Assembly (NCBI GenBank): GCA_044892525.1
Contig: CM097885.1
Coordinates: 207,824,001-207,888,000, forward strand
Source: Schmidtea polychroa
Lineage: Eukaryota
Reading direction: 5' to 3'
Length of the DNA stretch: 64,000 nt
The translations under genes and the position numbers were made by a program. The first letter of the stretch is position 1. Each line of letters opens with the position of its first letter. Below, piece by piece: positions 37,601-52,100 of the stretch. Below the pieces are notes generated by a model. It did not search any database, was not told the DNA's origin, and saw only the letters and a list, made by a program, of their open reading frames with translations.

Positions 37601-40504
37601 CACACCCGCATTATCCCATAGGCACAATAGGCACAGTGCCCATGGCCTACGAACTGTAAATGGCCTACGAAAATGTATACATATTATTATTTTCGAAAAA
37701 TTTATATAATAAATATTCAACCAAAGCATGAAAAGAAAAACTTCACTTAATCCAAAATAATTCAAAATTTATTTTCAAAAAACCAAAAAAATATCATTAA
37801 TTTAGTAAACAATTTATTTAATTATTACCTAAACTAACCTTCCTACATTTTTTATTGGCGAATTCGACAATAACATCTTCGAAACTAATTTCTCGCATTA
37901 AATCACTTTCAATTGATAATATGCATAAGAGATGATAATCGTTCCTGTCCCATAGTTGATCGGAGGCAATTTTTTATTCTTAAGCTTTGAAAAGTTCCGC
38001 TCCCCTTCCGCATTCGTTCCAAATATCGATAAATACATTCTTAACACAATATTTACATTAGGAAAACTGGTAACTAGTTTATCATTTATTTGTGCAATTA
38101 TCATTTCCTTCACTGATTTTTTATTCCCTTACATTGGTGAAGCACAAAAAAAAGTGTATATTGCTTGTAAAATTTCAAAAAACTTTACTGCTTCCAAGCA
38201 ACACTCCACAGCAGTTGAACCTACCAAATTAAGACTATGAGCAGCACATGGAACCCATTCAGCCAGACTATTTATTTCTCTAAATCTAGCTTGTACTCCT
38301 GCATATATGCTGCTCATATTACGGGCGTTATCATATGATTGGGACCTGCAATTTCCAATACTTATGTTATAATGTTCCAAAGTATGTCGTATAATGTCGA
38401 ATAAATATTTTCCATCGTGTTGTTCAATTGCAATAATTTTTAAAAATCGTTCAACCACATTTCAACATTTAAGTACATACCGAATGATCACGGTAAGCTG
38501 GTCCATATGACTAATATCAGGAGTTGACTCAATTCTGATTCCATAATATTTTGCTTCTTTTATTTCAGATATTTTCTGCGTTGTAACTTTAGATCCTAGT
38601 ATACCAATAAATTCTTCACATATAGCATTAGATAAATAGGAAACATTTCCTCTTTCAGCATTTGCATGTCTTCGAATATGTTCTTTTAAAAAGGATCAAA
38701 TTCGGCTATAAGATCGATACAACCAAGATAATTTCCATTATTAGAACAATTATGAATTTCATTATCGCCACGAAATGGCAAACCTCGTTCAGAAAGAAAT
38801 TTTATTACGGAAAGTATTCTCTTTAAAACTTCAAAATAGATACAATCTATCGCTATTTACACAATTTTTCTTTCTCTTTCTGTAGCTCTACATCAATTTT
38901 ACTATTCTTCTGTAATTGAAACATAGATGACACTGCGTCAAGGTGATCTTTTGATTTTTCATGTGATGTAAACCTGGATATTGCATTTTTCCAATCATCA
39001 AATCCATTTATAAGTTGGTTGAGGATTACGTTCACTCTAGGGAAAAGCTTGCAGATATAACAATGTACTGTTCGAGTTGATGGAGAATATATAAGCCAGT
39101 CTCTTTCGATTGCTTCCCCATTTGTTAATTGCCTCATAAAATACTCTTTACGTGGATATCTGATTTTGTCTCCATATTTTCTACCCTTCAAGAGAAAATT
39201 GAATTCTATATTTTGTGAAGGCTTATTTTCAGAAAAATAATTTATGAGATCTGGAGTAATAACCCAATTAGCTTGATCAGTATTATATTTTAAGTTTAAA
39301 TTAACTTTTGATATTTCATTAGATATTTCTATTATTTTATCCTCTGATGATATAAATATTTCGGCAGAAGTTCGGTCTTCTTCTACCTCTAACTCACATG
39401 TATATGTATCTTGTTTATTAGTATCTTCCGTACCAGATGATAATTGTTCTGAAGTTTTATTTTGATTTTGGTCTTCTGGACCAATAAATTCGGTTACATT
39501 TGTAGAGCAGCTTTCATTATTTCCTCTTGTTTCTGTTATATATTTGAGTAGTGAACCTTTCATTTTTTACAATGCTTCTTCTTTGACTATTTTCTTTTTA
39601 CGCTTTTCGGAGCCCGATTCATGTTTTCTCTTATATCCGTCAGACATTTTTTAATTTTAAACGGGCTGAACTAAATATATTTATATAATTAGAAAAAAAT
39701 ATTTTATAAATATTATGACTTACATCAACAATTTTTATATTATATGTTTTTATTATTCTGAATACAACTGGAACTTTTTGATAAATCAGTTAGAACTACC
39801 TCAATTTACTTTGAATAATTTATTTTTAGAATAACATATATATATTAATATTTTTGTTAAATTATCATATATTTAAAAAAAAGACTTACTTTTAATAAGT
39901 AATTAATATTTATAGTTTTACAGCAATATTATTTGTTATAACTAGATAACTCTAACAAAGTAGAAACACAATAAAAATTTCTTAATCTTTTCAGAAAATT
40001 ACTTGTAAAAAAATCAGTTGCTATGGTTGCACAGCTATAATCACAGAAAATTTAATTTCATTCGTATACATATGTAAGAAAATTAATTTTCTTTGCTATT
40101 GAAAATAAACCAGCCAGGTTTAAAATTTTTGTTTTCAAATGCGTGAAATTTAAATTTAGAAACAAAAGACTTAAAGTATAATAATTGGTACTCATCATCG
40201 TCATACATATACGAAATAAGCATTTCTTCATGTAATTTCGATCGTAGTAGAAATACGTTATAAAGCGAAATAAAGGCACCAATATAATATTCACAAAATA
40301 ACATTCATAAAATATACCAATATGGAATGAAACTAAACTTTGTTATTTAAATAAAGTGTTGTTAAACAAAAACACTTTTGAATTAAATTAACGCATTTTA
40401 AAAATAAACCACAGCTGACTTCATTAGGGATACTGGCAAAAAAACTATTCGATAGTGTTAAAGGTAAAAGTGCCTAGGGCCTACGAAGAGGTTAATTCGG
40501 CATG
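37601..40504 (-). mobile_element. hAT element (ZMYM1/TTF-zinc-finger type), internally deleted and degenerate
   Basis: Perfect 8-bp TSD ACTTCACA at 37593-37600 and 40505-40512, with imperfect TIRs. TTF Zn finger RDWLIYSPSTRTVHCYICKLF...GFDDWK (38853-39563), SQSYDNARNM / CAAHSLNLV (38129-38458), and GERNFSKLK dimerisation motif. Confidence 0.92.
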
Positions 40505-40776
40505 ACTTCACAGCCAATATTCATCATTCATTATCATTTGTTACATGAATGTTTATTCTATACCCATTATTTCCTATGGTATAGTATTTCAGCTTTATAA
40601 TTTTTATTATTTTTCCAAATTCTTACAGAAGCTATCTGATAGAAAGTATGCAAGGTCCGGAATGATAAGCGAGTTATAATTGTGGGGACTCAATTTCAGA
40701 AATTTTTTTTATAATACCCGAGTTTATTTTAAATATTTTTAATATATAATACATGATTAAAATAAAATATTAAATA

Positions 40777-41420
40777 CAGGTATACCTCGGTAATACGACG
40801 GGTATGGTTCGAGACCACCGCTACAATTCGAGTCACTTGCTTTTTTTCACTCGCTACCACATATTGTTTACACTATCATTTATTATTTGCGCAATAGCAC
40901 CAGGCGAAAAATAACAGTTTCAATTTAAAAATAAAATACATAATGAAGGATAAATAAAATAAAAATAATATATTTTAGCTTTAAAAACTTTATTAATATC
41001 ATTGAAGGAAGATTAAAGGATATAGTCGAGACTAGTCACCTGACCCTTCAACGAATCTAACTCTCTTGCTGCTGAAGAGTCTAGCGTTGATGTTGATGGT
41101 TGTTGAATGATAAGATTTGAAGGTGCGGGTATTTGCGGCACTGGCTTAAAATAAGATGTCAATGACGTTTGCTTCACTGAGAATCTCTTTCTCTCTCGAA
41201 GAATTTCAGTGTAGCATGTGATGTCGTTTAGCAATCTTTTGCCAACTTTCGAAGTTCTCTCAGAGTTATTATCAATTGATTCAAATCCTTCCACAACTGT
41301 ATGCACATTTCCTTAACTTCTTTCAAATCAACATCAGATTCAGCCTCTAGAAATAATTTACGTTGCTCATCGAGTAAAACATTATTGGAAAACATTATAG
41401 AGCAAAGTTCAATCGACTGT
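40777..41420 (-). mobile_element. Tigger1-like pogo transposon, 3' end
   Basis: TA|CAGGTATACCTCG TIR at 40777. ORF 41013-41306 has KVGKRLLNDITCYTEILRERK..QTSLTSYFK..QQPSTS, the Tigger1 C-terminal pattern. Confidence 0.85.
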
Positions 41421-41429
41421 GAAATTTAT

Positions 41430-42060
41430 ATCATTACGAGGATTGACATTTAGGGGATCTTTCGCCATATGAAAAATTTTGGAAATAATGCATAACATCA
41501 ACCACCATTTGTGAAGAATTAATAGAACTCATGACTCCGAAAGTTTAAGCTTCAAAGTATTTTGTATTTAGTGTGGATTCAACACCTGACATTTCACATA
41601 TTGAGCAACTGACCGCTACTATTCAATTAGTGAAAAGCAATGGTTAATCATTAGAATGATTTCTAAAATTTGTTCCAATTTCGTGGGACATAGGATTACA
41701 TCTTTTTGGTTGCATAAGATCAACATCTCAATACATGGGAATCGACATGAATCAGACAGGAAAATATTCCGGAGTAGTCTTAAATATCAATATGACGGTC
41801 ATTTACTGTCCATGGTACACTCGCTAAACCTTTGCTGCTGCCGAAGCGTAAATAGATACAATTATATTTTTTAAATTCATGCAAAATACGTTTGCTCTAT
41901 GTATCAACAGCTATGAAAACGCCATTAATAAACAAGCAAATGATTTGAAAATTTCACCACTTTTTCCAAGACGATTGAGTGATACAAGGTGGCCCGGCGT
42001 GTGTTTCGTTATCCATTATGAAACGTACTAATCGGTTTAATGATAATTTGCTACTGCCTA
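41430..42060 (+). mobile_element. Degenerate ZMYM1-type hAT transposase remnant
   Basis: Frameshifted RGLTFRG, FSVDSTPDISHIEQL, HSLNL and RLSDTRW motifs. Confidence 0.75.
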
Positions 42061-45000
42061 CATTTGAATGTCAGACTGTAGCTAATGAGGAAGCTTTAAT
42101 TAAAAACTCCCAAATAAATCAGTTTCAATAATACGTGGTTATCTTAATGTCAGTCTCAAGCATAAATATACAAATGAAACTTTATGATTTTCCCGCAATG
42201 GCTTCAAAATTTATTTGAATATATATGTAACAATTGTGTGTCATTAAAATTGACAATTTATTTTTATATATTCAACGTAATTAAATTTTTTGGTTAAATT
42301 AATTGGTAAAATTTCGAAAAACATTAAAACCTTTAAATGCGGAATTAAATTTCATAAAGAGTCAAGAAATGTGTCAATTATCCGTCAAAAATAAAGTTAA
42401 GGATATAATTGTGATTTGAAAATTTGAAACACGACCAAGTGAACATAATACATTAAGTATATATTTTTTTTCTCCGAAGGATTGTTAAAAGTCGAAACAA
42501 AGGTTTATTCAATAGTATTCGGATTTATCCTCATCTCGCATCTAAAATGTCAAGAAAACTAAATATTAATAGTTTTTTGTTGTTAAAATCAACCAATGTT
42601 TTTTATTTGAATATAATGAAATTCAAATTTATGTAGCTTTACGTTATAATTGTTGCGGTTGAAATTTAATTTAATTTAATTTAAAATCGAATAGAAACCA
42701 AATGAAATTTAATTTTGAAAATGTATATAAAAATTTAATGAAAACATTGTTAAAGGTAATAAGTTCATAAGGTAGAAAAAGCATAAAAATGCGAATTCTT
42801 TTGAAAATTAATAAATAAATAAATTTTTTAAATTCGAAGATGGAAAAGATAATTTGAGAATACATGATCGGAATGATTTTGTCGGAATATATACGAAAAT
42901 GTATGAAAAGCACATTTTTGTGAAAAATACAAAATAATTATCAATTAATTGGAAGAAAACCCCGTTGTGTAAACAAAAAAGAAAATAAAGAGCTTGAATT
43001 TTTGAGAGTCATTACCCCAATAACAATGGTTATCAACGGTGTTTGGAAAACCCAAATGGCCACTAATGGAAGTTTTTTTTCAGATGGTAGCCAGATAATT
43101 TGTTAAGCGAAAATTGTCACGAGAAAAATTTATAGATATTATTTTACTCTAAAGCCACTAATTATATGGATAAAAAGAAGTAATACAAGAAATTGGCTTT
43201 TTTTGCGCCTAATAGCAAACAATTGTAAAAGGATATCAATTGTGTTAAAATATTTGAAGAAACATTTCATAATTGTAGGAACATTAAGCTGAAAAACTAA
43301 TATAAGAAAGATCACATAAATAGTTTCACAGATACCAAAAGGGAATAGAATTTTCACATGGTTTACAGTACGGGAAACCGGTGAAGGTAGAGATCAGATA
43401 ATTGGGTATTTATTGAAACTATTCATAATTATTTATTATTATTATTATTTAAACAGATTATAATTATTTGTTTATTAAAATTCCAACATGATTTAAAATG
43501 ATATATTTATGTGGAATTCAAAGATGTGATTTTCATTTTTACAACATTTTTAATAACGGAATCATGGTTTTTGTGTTTCTTTCCATCTAATATTGATCTT
43601 GCAATATTTTGTTGCCAGGAATGTCTGAAAGCCATGCTGCACATGCTAAATAACTTGAATAAATAATGATAATAATGATTAATAAAAAAAATAAAACGTT
43701 GAAAACTGTTTTTTGTTATTCAAAAACTTGTTATTTTAACAAATATATTAGTTACTTATTTCCAGCATTTTAATTATTATATTCAATTATTAAATTTTAG
43801 TTCAGTTAATCACGATAGTGATCAATCAGAATATTTACTAATTTTAAAAAATTATAGCCTGATGGGGGATGGCTTATTAATATATATCAAGGAAACTTGA
43901 AAAACGTTGGATTTGAAAATATTAGAAAATATAATCATTTCGAATCCAGTTTAAATATTAATTGATGAATCTTTTCAAATGTACAAATAGGGAAATCAAG
44001 CACAAATCAAAACTTCTAGAATCAAAGTTTTGAGCTCTTTATTTCCCATTTTTCAGTGTAATGTAGGACGAGCACTTGAACCTTATGTTAACATTGCGAT
44101 CATTCTTTAAATAATTTTCCAATTTTTTAAATATTATTGAAAAATTAAATTACAATAAAAATTATTTAATTTGTTTAACTGATACTTGGAATTGAATAAA
44201 TTTGCCTGAGATAAAATAATGGCCCAGATAAACAATAAATCCGATTAAATTATGCCAATGCTAACATCCATAATTACAACTAAATAAATAGCCATGATAT
44301 TTAAACGAAAAAGATAGTTTAAAGGTAATTAAAATGATTAATAAAAAAATCCTAATGAAAAATATAATCATATTTATATAAATCTGATTGAACTAATAAA
44401 ACAAATTTTACCATCGAAATGAAAATCCGACATCAACAATTTATTTCGTGTAGGAAAATGTCAAATTTCCGATAAAACAACTCAAGTGAATAATTGCTTG
44501 ATTCAAATAAAAATATTTGTAAAATAATAATGATAAACATTTTCACCAATAAAATTCTAAATTTTGACGTGACACAGAAATGATTCCGATATAAGTCAAA
44601 TGGAGATTAAAACAAAATTTCTGACATTTTACTATTGTACATATGTAAATTTTTAACTTGATTGGGAAATGGCATAATTTATGAGTGATGAGGTATATTA
44701 ACAAGTTATCTCGTAATTATTATTTCTCTTGTACAATTTGTGGACTTCTTGATAAAATCTGAGGAGAATCTTCATATCAAATCATGAAACATTTCTAGAA
44801 TGCAATAATTAGCAACCCCTTTTAATATTTGGAAGTAAAGTTGCTGAGTTAAATTCCAAATGAGCTCAAAACTTTATAGAAATCGCATTGAATATCACGC
44901 TGGAGACTTTATTTTAATCAGTAAGTTTCAGTAAGAAAATCAAGGCTGTTTATTTCTAAAAGCCATAATAATTTTATGATATTTCTTTTTTGATTTCACC

Positions 45001-45164
45001 TTTGGCCTTTCTTTAATTCAATAATTTTCATATAAATGTTTGTAAGACTTTAGATCAAAACAATTATAGAGTACATAATATTTCGGCACAGCCTTTATCA
45101 TATGTTTTATTTCAATCGTTATATTAATTTATTCTTAAAAGGTAACTAAAATTCTATATTTTAA

Positions 45165-45704
45165 CCCTTTCAATACGATTTTTTTTATTTTAATAATTCA
45201 AGTAATATTTATAGCACAAAATATTTATTGCTAATTTAGTTTCACGGGAAAAACAAATATTTAAATAAATGATCTAAAACGAAAATTTTGAATATATAGA
45301 CTATTCAATACTGATGGGACATAATACCCCAATAATTAACACTATTGGGACATATAAGTCCCATTTTTATTTTTGTAAATAAAAAAACTCATAAAAAACT
45401 AGTGCTGCACACTAAGTAAGTAAAATAAAATTATAAATAACTTACTTGGCAATTCCGAGCACAACACATATAAAAACACAGTTAGTAATAAGCGTGACAC
45501 GTGTCTACTGTTTGTTAACAACATCTAGACTGACAAAATTTTATAGAAAAGAAACAAAGCAGACAGCAAACAGCAACTTGTTTACGAGCCTATGACCGTA
45601 CAGTACTAAAATCCCAGATCCCAAATGCATTTGTAAGCATTTAAATTATTTTAGTAATTATTAGAAATTCTCTGGGACAATATGTCCCTACAGTATTGAA
45701 AGGG
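45165..45704. mobile_element. piggyBac-type MITE
   Basis: TTAA|CCCTTTCAATAC ... GTATTGAAAGGG|TTAA. The left TIR is interrupted between 45177 and 45303. Confidence 0.85.
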
Positions 45705-47767
45705 TTAAAGTGATTTTATTGGATGAAATTAATTAAATTAAATTTATTTTTAATTTAAATTAAATTTAAATTCAAATTTAAACTTAATTTAATTTAATTT
45801 AATTTTGAATTAAACAAGACTTTGAGAGAATTGAATGTTGGATGGTTTGTGTTTTATGATGAAATGACTTTCAGAAGCTATTCTTTGTAATTATTTTTTA
45901 AGTCAGTCGTCTTGCAGAAGCTGCCATTTTGTTATGTTCTGTTATTTTTGTTATTTTTTGTTATTATTTACTCTTACATAATTTCTCTCAGTTTTCGTTA
46001 TAATTGCTGGTTTAGTTTATGATTTGATCACTGGTTAGACAGCGAAAAGTTCTTTGAGTTTCACCAATGTCGATTAAGTAATTTTTTATACAAATAAGTT
46101 TATACACTATTTTTTTAGAAAATCAGAAGCGCCTGGCAGTGGAGCAACAAAGGTATTTATTTATAAATATGTTTGATGTCGGAGCTTTCGAAGTTGTAAT
46201 TTTAAAGGTTCAGACGTGCGGAAAGACGAATGTGAATGGGCAAATCAATTTTGTTGATTATGTTTTTGATTTTATTTCGTTGTGGTGTCATTCAAGAAAG
46301 GCTATCGTAAGTATGTTGTTATTATGTTTCCTATTGGGGTTGCGTTTGTTTGTGTCCATTGTGATGGTGTTCGTTAAGGAAGTGTTTTATTACAAATTCA
46401 TCAGTGCTTTCCTTTGGCTTGCCATTCAAATATCTAAAAAAATATAATTAATTAATTTTTTGGTTCATTTGCACTTAACGACTGAAATTGGACAATTTTC
46501 TCCTCATATCCACGCCTACAGCTCATTTGTTCCCGCCAGCATTTTTGCTGAGTTCCTCTACATTTGATTTTAAGCACATTTCTCAAGCACAAAACAAATA
46601 ATGTTTTTCAAATAATATATTAACCAAAAATTATTATTAATTTCAAAAAACGAACTTTTGAAAAATGTGACCAAAAAAATATTGGCATTTAAAAAAACTA
46701 AATATAAAATCAAAATTTACGAGGCCAATTTATGAATATTAGTGTAACCACTTGAGAATAGCAACAGTAATGATAGGGCCACTGTGACATTAAGTGGTTT
46801 TGAGCAATTTTCAAGTTAATCAAACATGTTTCACCACAAACTGCAACACATAAAACTGAATGACATTTGGATTTGTTCAACCGTAACGGAAAACCACGAG
46901 ATTTCTAATCGTTTATTTCCCTTTCAAATCACACTTCATACTTGACCCTCCCAGTTATCGATTGAGTAAATGAAAGGTGTAAATTTACCGGATGTGGAAA
47001 AGTTAAAAATTAATTATTTATTTAATTATTAATTCACAAAAAAAATCCAATTCTTTTAAACAAAAAAATCAAATTATGATTTTATTATATATTTGTTGCA
47101 CATTTCGAAAACAAATATCGATTGCACAAGCAGTGACGTAATAACAATAATAATAATTATTATTATTATTAAATGTATGATAAAATTAATATCCAATTTA
47201 TAGAACTAACTGAAATAGCACTTCTGAAAGAAACAGAAATATTCATGTAGGATATCAAATTTGCAGAATTGACATTGCCAATGCCTTTCTGTATAATTTA
47301 GACAGCCGAGGCAGTTTTTTAGACACCTTTAACTATTTCACTTTTTGATTTCCTACTAAAGATATTTTGACATAAACTCATTCTACTTCAAAAGTACTCA
47401 TAATTTTTAAAAATGTATTTAATTGTTTCTTAATTAATTGAATTTTATTCAAAGATTTATTAACAGATGTTTTGAATATTCATAATAATTAATAATAAAA
47501 ATAAAACGATCTACAATGTCGAATAGAAACGAGTTCAAATCAGAAAATACAAATTCCATCAATTAAAATAAATAATTATAAATCTTTTCTACACGGTAAA
47601 ATATCTCTTTGACTTGGACTATTGGTTCCCTGATTATTTGAAACTTTTTATTAGAGGTTGAATATGATGGGCGGTCAAATAACAATCATTATATTGGGTG
47701 ATAAAATTTGTCTCCGAGCTGAAATTATAGAAATAACATAATCCGTTATATATCCATTTATATAAAT

Positions 47768-48115
47768 CAGTGGTTCTCAATTAATATAAAAGCACGGAAC
47801 ACCATTCACATGATTTTTTTTACGCGAAACACTGACAAAAAATACTTGTCCACTATGAGTGACCAATCACAAATTACTATAAATCTGTCGTAAACGTAAA
47901 CAATGCCTTCTTATAAGCAAAGAAAATACCACGCGCAACAATAACAAGCAATAAAAACAATTTTATATTTGTATGTTTATATATCTGTGAAACGGCTTTC
48001 TTATTGAATCATCTTATAAAAAAATTAATTGAGGTTTTTGATGATATGTATCTTAAATGCAAATTTAAAGATAAAATGTCATTTTTTTTCGCGGAACACG
48101 GGTTGAGAACCACTG
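47768..48115. mobile_element. hAT-type MITE
   Basis: 13-bp TIRs CAGTGGTTCTCAA / TTGAGAACCACTG with 7/8 TSD (ATATAAAT / ATATATAT). Confidence 0.85.
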
Positions 48116-48206
48116 ATATATATAGACGTGGTAACACTAAAAAGTTTTTAAACTCATACATATAATAAAGTTAGTGAACCAAATTCTTTATTACTAACTG
48201 TAGTGA

Positions 48207-48248
48207 GCCATTAGACGGTCTTATCGAAATCTATATAAATCATATATG
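48207..48248 (+). other. Planarian spliced-leader exon sequence without the SL-RNA intron
   Basis: GCCATTAGACGGTCTTATCGAAATCTATATAAATCATATATG matches the Schmidtea SL1 as I recall it (GCCGTTAGACGGTCTTATCGAAATCTATATAAATCTTATATG) at 40 of 42 positions. It is followed by AAATG, not a GT donor. Confidence 0.85.
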
Positions 48249-49049
48249 AAATGCATAATTTAATGAAATTGTCAATTCTTTACAATATTTGGAAATTCTC
48301 AATTTCTGAAAATTTGTTAACAAATGTCCGAGCTATTCAATCATATAACAAAAATACAATTAACAATTTATATTAGTCTATATTTTTGTAATATTTCTAA
48401 TGTGAATGTTTTATTGAATTTTTTTGGAATTAATTTGTTGAAAAGATTTATTCATATTTTTATTTGGATTTTGTTTTTTGTTTTACTACACCAAGCGGAA
48501 TTAATAGTTTTTCTAAAATTTTAAATACATTTTAAATGAGCAATTGTATATGATGTTTTAATATGCACTGAATTATTAATTTCAAATCTTTTAAATAAAA
48601 AATTTATTAATTGTCGGAATCTGTGCTACAGGCTCTTCAATGTGATATATTGAAGCAATTTCCAGATATTATTGAAAGTTATAAAGTTCATTTTAGGGAT
48701 AAAACTAATGGATCAGGTGGTAGGATGCCAAGTAAAAGATACAATTCTTGAAAGATACAATTCCACTACCGATTTGGGTGCTCAGTATTTCTTATTGAAT
48801 ACTGAAAATTTAAATTAATTCACAACCAAAAATACTGATACAATTTTACGAATGGTCCACCACTGATCTGAGGGTCATTTCGAAAAATTCTTGTTCGTTC
48901 TCCGTAAAACATTTCTCTCTCAATCTTGATTTTATTTTGAAGGAAGCTGTGTTTTCCTCTTGTAAACATTGCTGCAAACAACTCCATTTTCATGGTTTCC
49001 CTATTCTTAGACACAGTTTCCTTCAAATTTGCAATGTTTGACTGTCAAA

Positions 49050-49165
49050 AACACTTGTACGAAAACTCCCGAATCAAGTTAAATATTGTTGCTCTTGAAG
49101 GAGTCTCTTTGTCATATGTTTCTTCAATTTGTTGAATAATTTCTTTCTTTTCTATCTTATTTAAT
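49050..49165 (-). mobile_element. Possible mariner N-terminal HTH remnant
   Basis: EIIQQIEETYDKETPSRATIFNLIREF resembles the mariner pattern YG..APSR.TV..W..EF. Short and next to a gap. Confidence 0.4.
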
Positions 49166-52100
49166 AGTAAAAGCTAAATTNNNNNNNNNNNNNNNNNNNN
49201 NNNNNNNNNNNNNNNNNNNNNNNNNNNNNNNNNNNNNNNNNNNNNNNNNNNNNNNNNNNNNNNNNNNNNNNNNNNNNNNNNNNNNNNNNNNNNNNNNNNN
49301 NNNNNNNNNNNNNNNNNNNNNATAAATCGTCTAAATAAATAATAAATTAATTAATTTAATGCAGCATTTCAACAAAAGTGGCCTTTCTCATTAACATTCT
49401 AACTGGAAGCTCTATAGGCATATATTGGCGTCAAAACTTGTTAGAAAGCTAGAACTTATAAGATAAAAGACCAGAATTCTAGACCTTCTTGACCCTAACC
49501 TACTTTTATATTCTGCAAATGAAACTAAAATTTCAATAAGAAATAACACTTCATATCGAAATTTGTCAGAATTATCGAATTGAACATCACGAATCTGTGA
49601 ATTTCAAGGAATTAGTTAATTTGTTTTAATATTAATTTTAGTGTGTGTTCGAGAAATATATCATTTTAAATTTATCACACTTATTAATTATAACTTATTT
49701 TATTGCGATTATCGTAAATGTCAATGAAAATGACCTCAAACATTTTCTGTTACATTTAATAGGCTATCCTATATTATTCGATCAAATAACCCACTGATGA
49801 ATCACTCTTATTTATGCAGTTCACATGCACCTCCCAGACACACTAACACTATGGAACGCCATTTAATAACAGTCTCACATGTCACGGCTCGAAAGGAAAA
49901 GTTTCCACTTGAAAAGTTGTGAAACTTTTGAAATTTGTAAGTATTTTTAAATTTTTTTTATTTTATTAATTATAAAATTTTTTTTTGGGTTCTTTCTCAT
50001 TACCTTTGATTCTTTTTTTGATTCAATATACATACAAGCCGAGATATCGTGTATCTTATATATTCTTTTGATCTTTGCAAATTAAATTAATATGAAAATT
50101 ATTGATTATTTAAAATTTTATTATTTGTTTAAATGTATACATTATAATCACATTTATTCTCACCTCTCATTTAGGTATGTTCAAATTTTAAATAAACTCA
50201 ATTTTGTTTTTATGTGATGGATTGTATATATTGTATCCATCGGATTGTTGGGATTGTTATGGTCCAAAGTTTTTCCTGCCACAAAACACCTAGAACGTAT
50301 ATTATTCAAATATTAAAAATAATTTAACCTGCCACCGAATATACTGAACATTTCCAGATGTACTTTTTGATCAACTACGGTCAATATTCTCAAAAACTAT
50401 AATGAAAATTTCTCATCGTATTGCTCACCAGTTTCAACGTTATTAATATTTATAAAATAAAATTTTAAAATAAAATATTTTTTATGTCATGAGTTAAAAG
50501 ATTCTATCACATAGAAATGAAACAGTTTGTTTTACTGTGCTACCTTTATTTATTTAGAAAGTTTTCCGTTTAACTAAATTTATTTTTGTTTCAATCTTAT
50601 TGAATTAGTGCAATATTTTTTTTGTTAAATTAAAGTGCTGTCTACCCGAAAAAATGTGATATATATATTTTGATACATTTTGATAATCTTTTATAGGTCT
50701 TATATAAGCCAACAAAGTTTTTTCCCTTCAACTCTTTCGTTACAATATATATTTATAACAATTTCATTGTACAATCAATCGATATTTATATAAATATAAT
50801 GAAAAAGTTTAAAAAAAATTAGTTATTTAATTGACGAAAAAAAATCAAATTTTTTTATTTAAACTGACTCTAAATTTTGTTTGAATTGTTAAAAATCTCA
50901 TTAGACACAAGAGAATTATAGATTTAAACAAAACAAAATACTGGAAAATTTATTCAATACCTGTTGATATTTTAATTAATATGCAACAGACAACATGCAT
51001 CAGAAACTCTTCCTAATACTGGGCCACTTTTAAATCGCTATATAATAAAAATTACTTTATCTTGCAACTTTAGGGCCGTACATAAATAACGTCATGCGAC
51101 TAATAGGAGCTAAAGTCATACATTTGTGACGAAAGTAAGGGGTGCTTAAAAACGTCATATGAGATTGCATTAAATATAAACAATGAATTCAATAACGGTA
51201 ACTTACGGTAAACCACGGTAAATTACTGTGGTTTAATTTAATTTAATTTAATTTAATAATTAAATAATTAAATAATTAAAAATAAATATAGAAATGTATT
51301 AAACTAAACATTAAACTAAAACTTAAATAAAATATGTTATTGAATTGTTTTAATAATTAAAAAATTGTTAAATTGATTATGAATATCATTAAGTATTTAA
51401 AACCAGAACTAAAAATTGTATAAAAGTAATAAATAATTTATATGCTTTTTTATATATGCTTTTTTTTATATGCTTTTTTCACATTAAAATTCTTTTTCAA
51501 TCTGGTTTATTTTTTTCTATAATTTTTATAGCTTGGTTAATTAATAGATTTCATATTTTTTTGATAATTTCATTCTTTTCATATCGAATCTTTTATTTGT
51601 TTTATTTGTTTTAATCTAGGGCTCTTTTTACCTGATCCATAATTACGATTATTTCGTTCTTAATTTTTTGTTTATTTACATTTTGTTCTGTTCATCATCA
51701 TATTCCAGATTTTAATTTTTTAAATTTTTTTGGGATGCTCATAGATTTGTGAAGTAATATTTGAAGGAGATGTAACTCTTTGTGATCATGTGTGTAGAGG
51801 GTACAAAAATGGTTTAAAAGTGCGTGACATAATTTATTTCATTCCGTTTTAAATGGTAAAAAAATTAAAAAATAACTGAAAAGAATTAAATTTGTACATT
51901 TTTAATTTTAAATGTTAAAAATATGCTATATAGTGAAAAAAATATTAAATATGCTTGTCGTAGTCAAAGGGTAATGGTGAACTTTCACTCTTTTATAATA
52001 CTTCATTTTGGTATTATAAAAATTATAATCTCATTAATAATAAGTTTATAATTTTTATGGAGTATCATAAAATGTTGAAAGTTTTCCTACCCAAAATATC

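Noticed and set aside
44740-44900. Minus-strand LHSRNVS*FDMK resembling a kinase catalytic loop
   Set aside because: Too short, contains stops, and no other kinase subdomains are nearby.
48207-48330. A functional SL RNA gene
   Set aside because: No GT donor after the exon and no recognisable SL intron hairpins.
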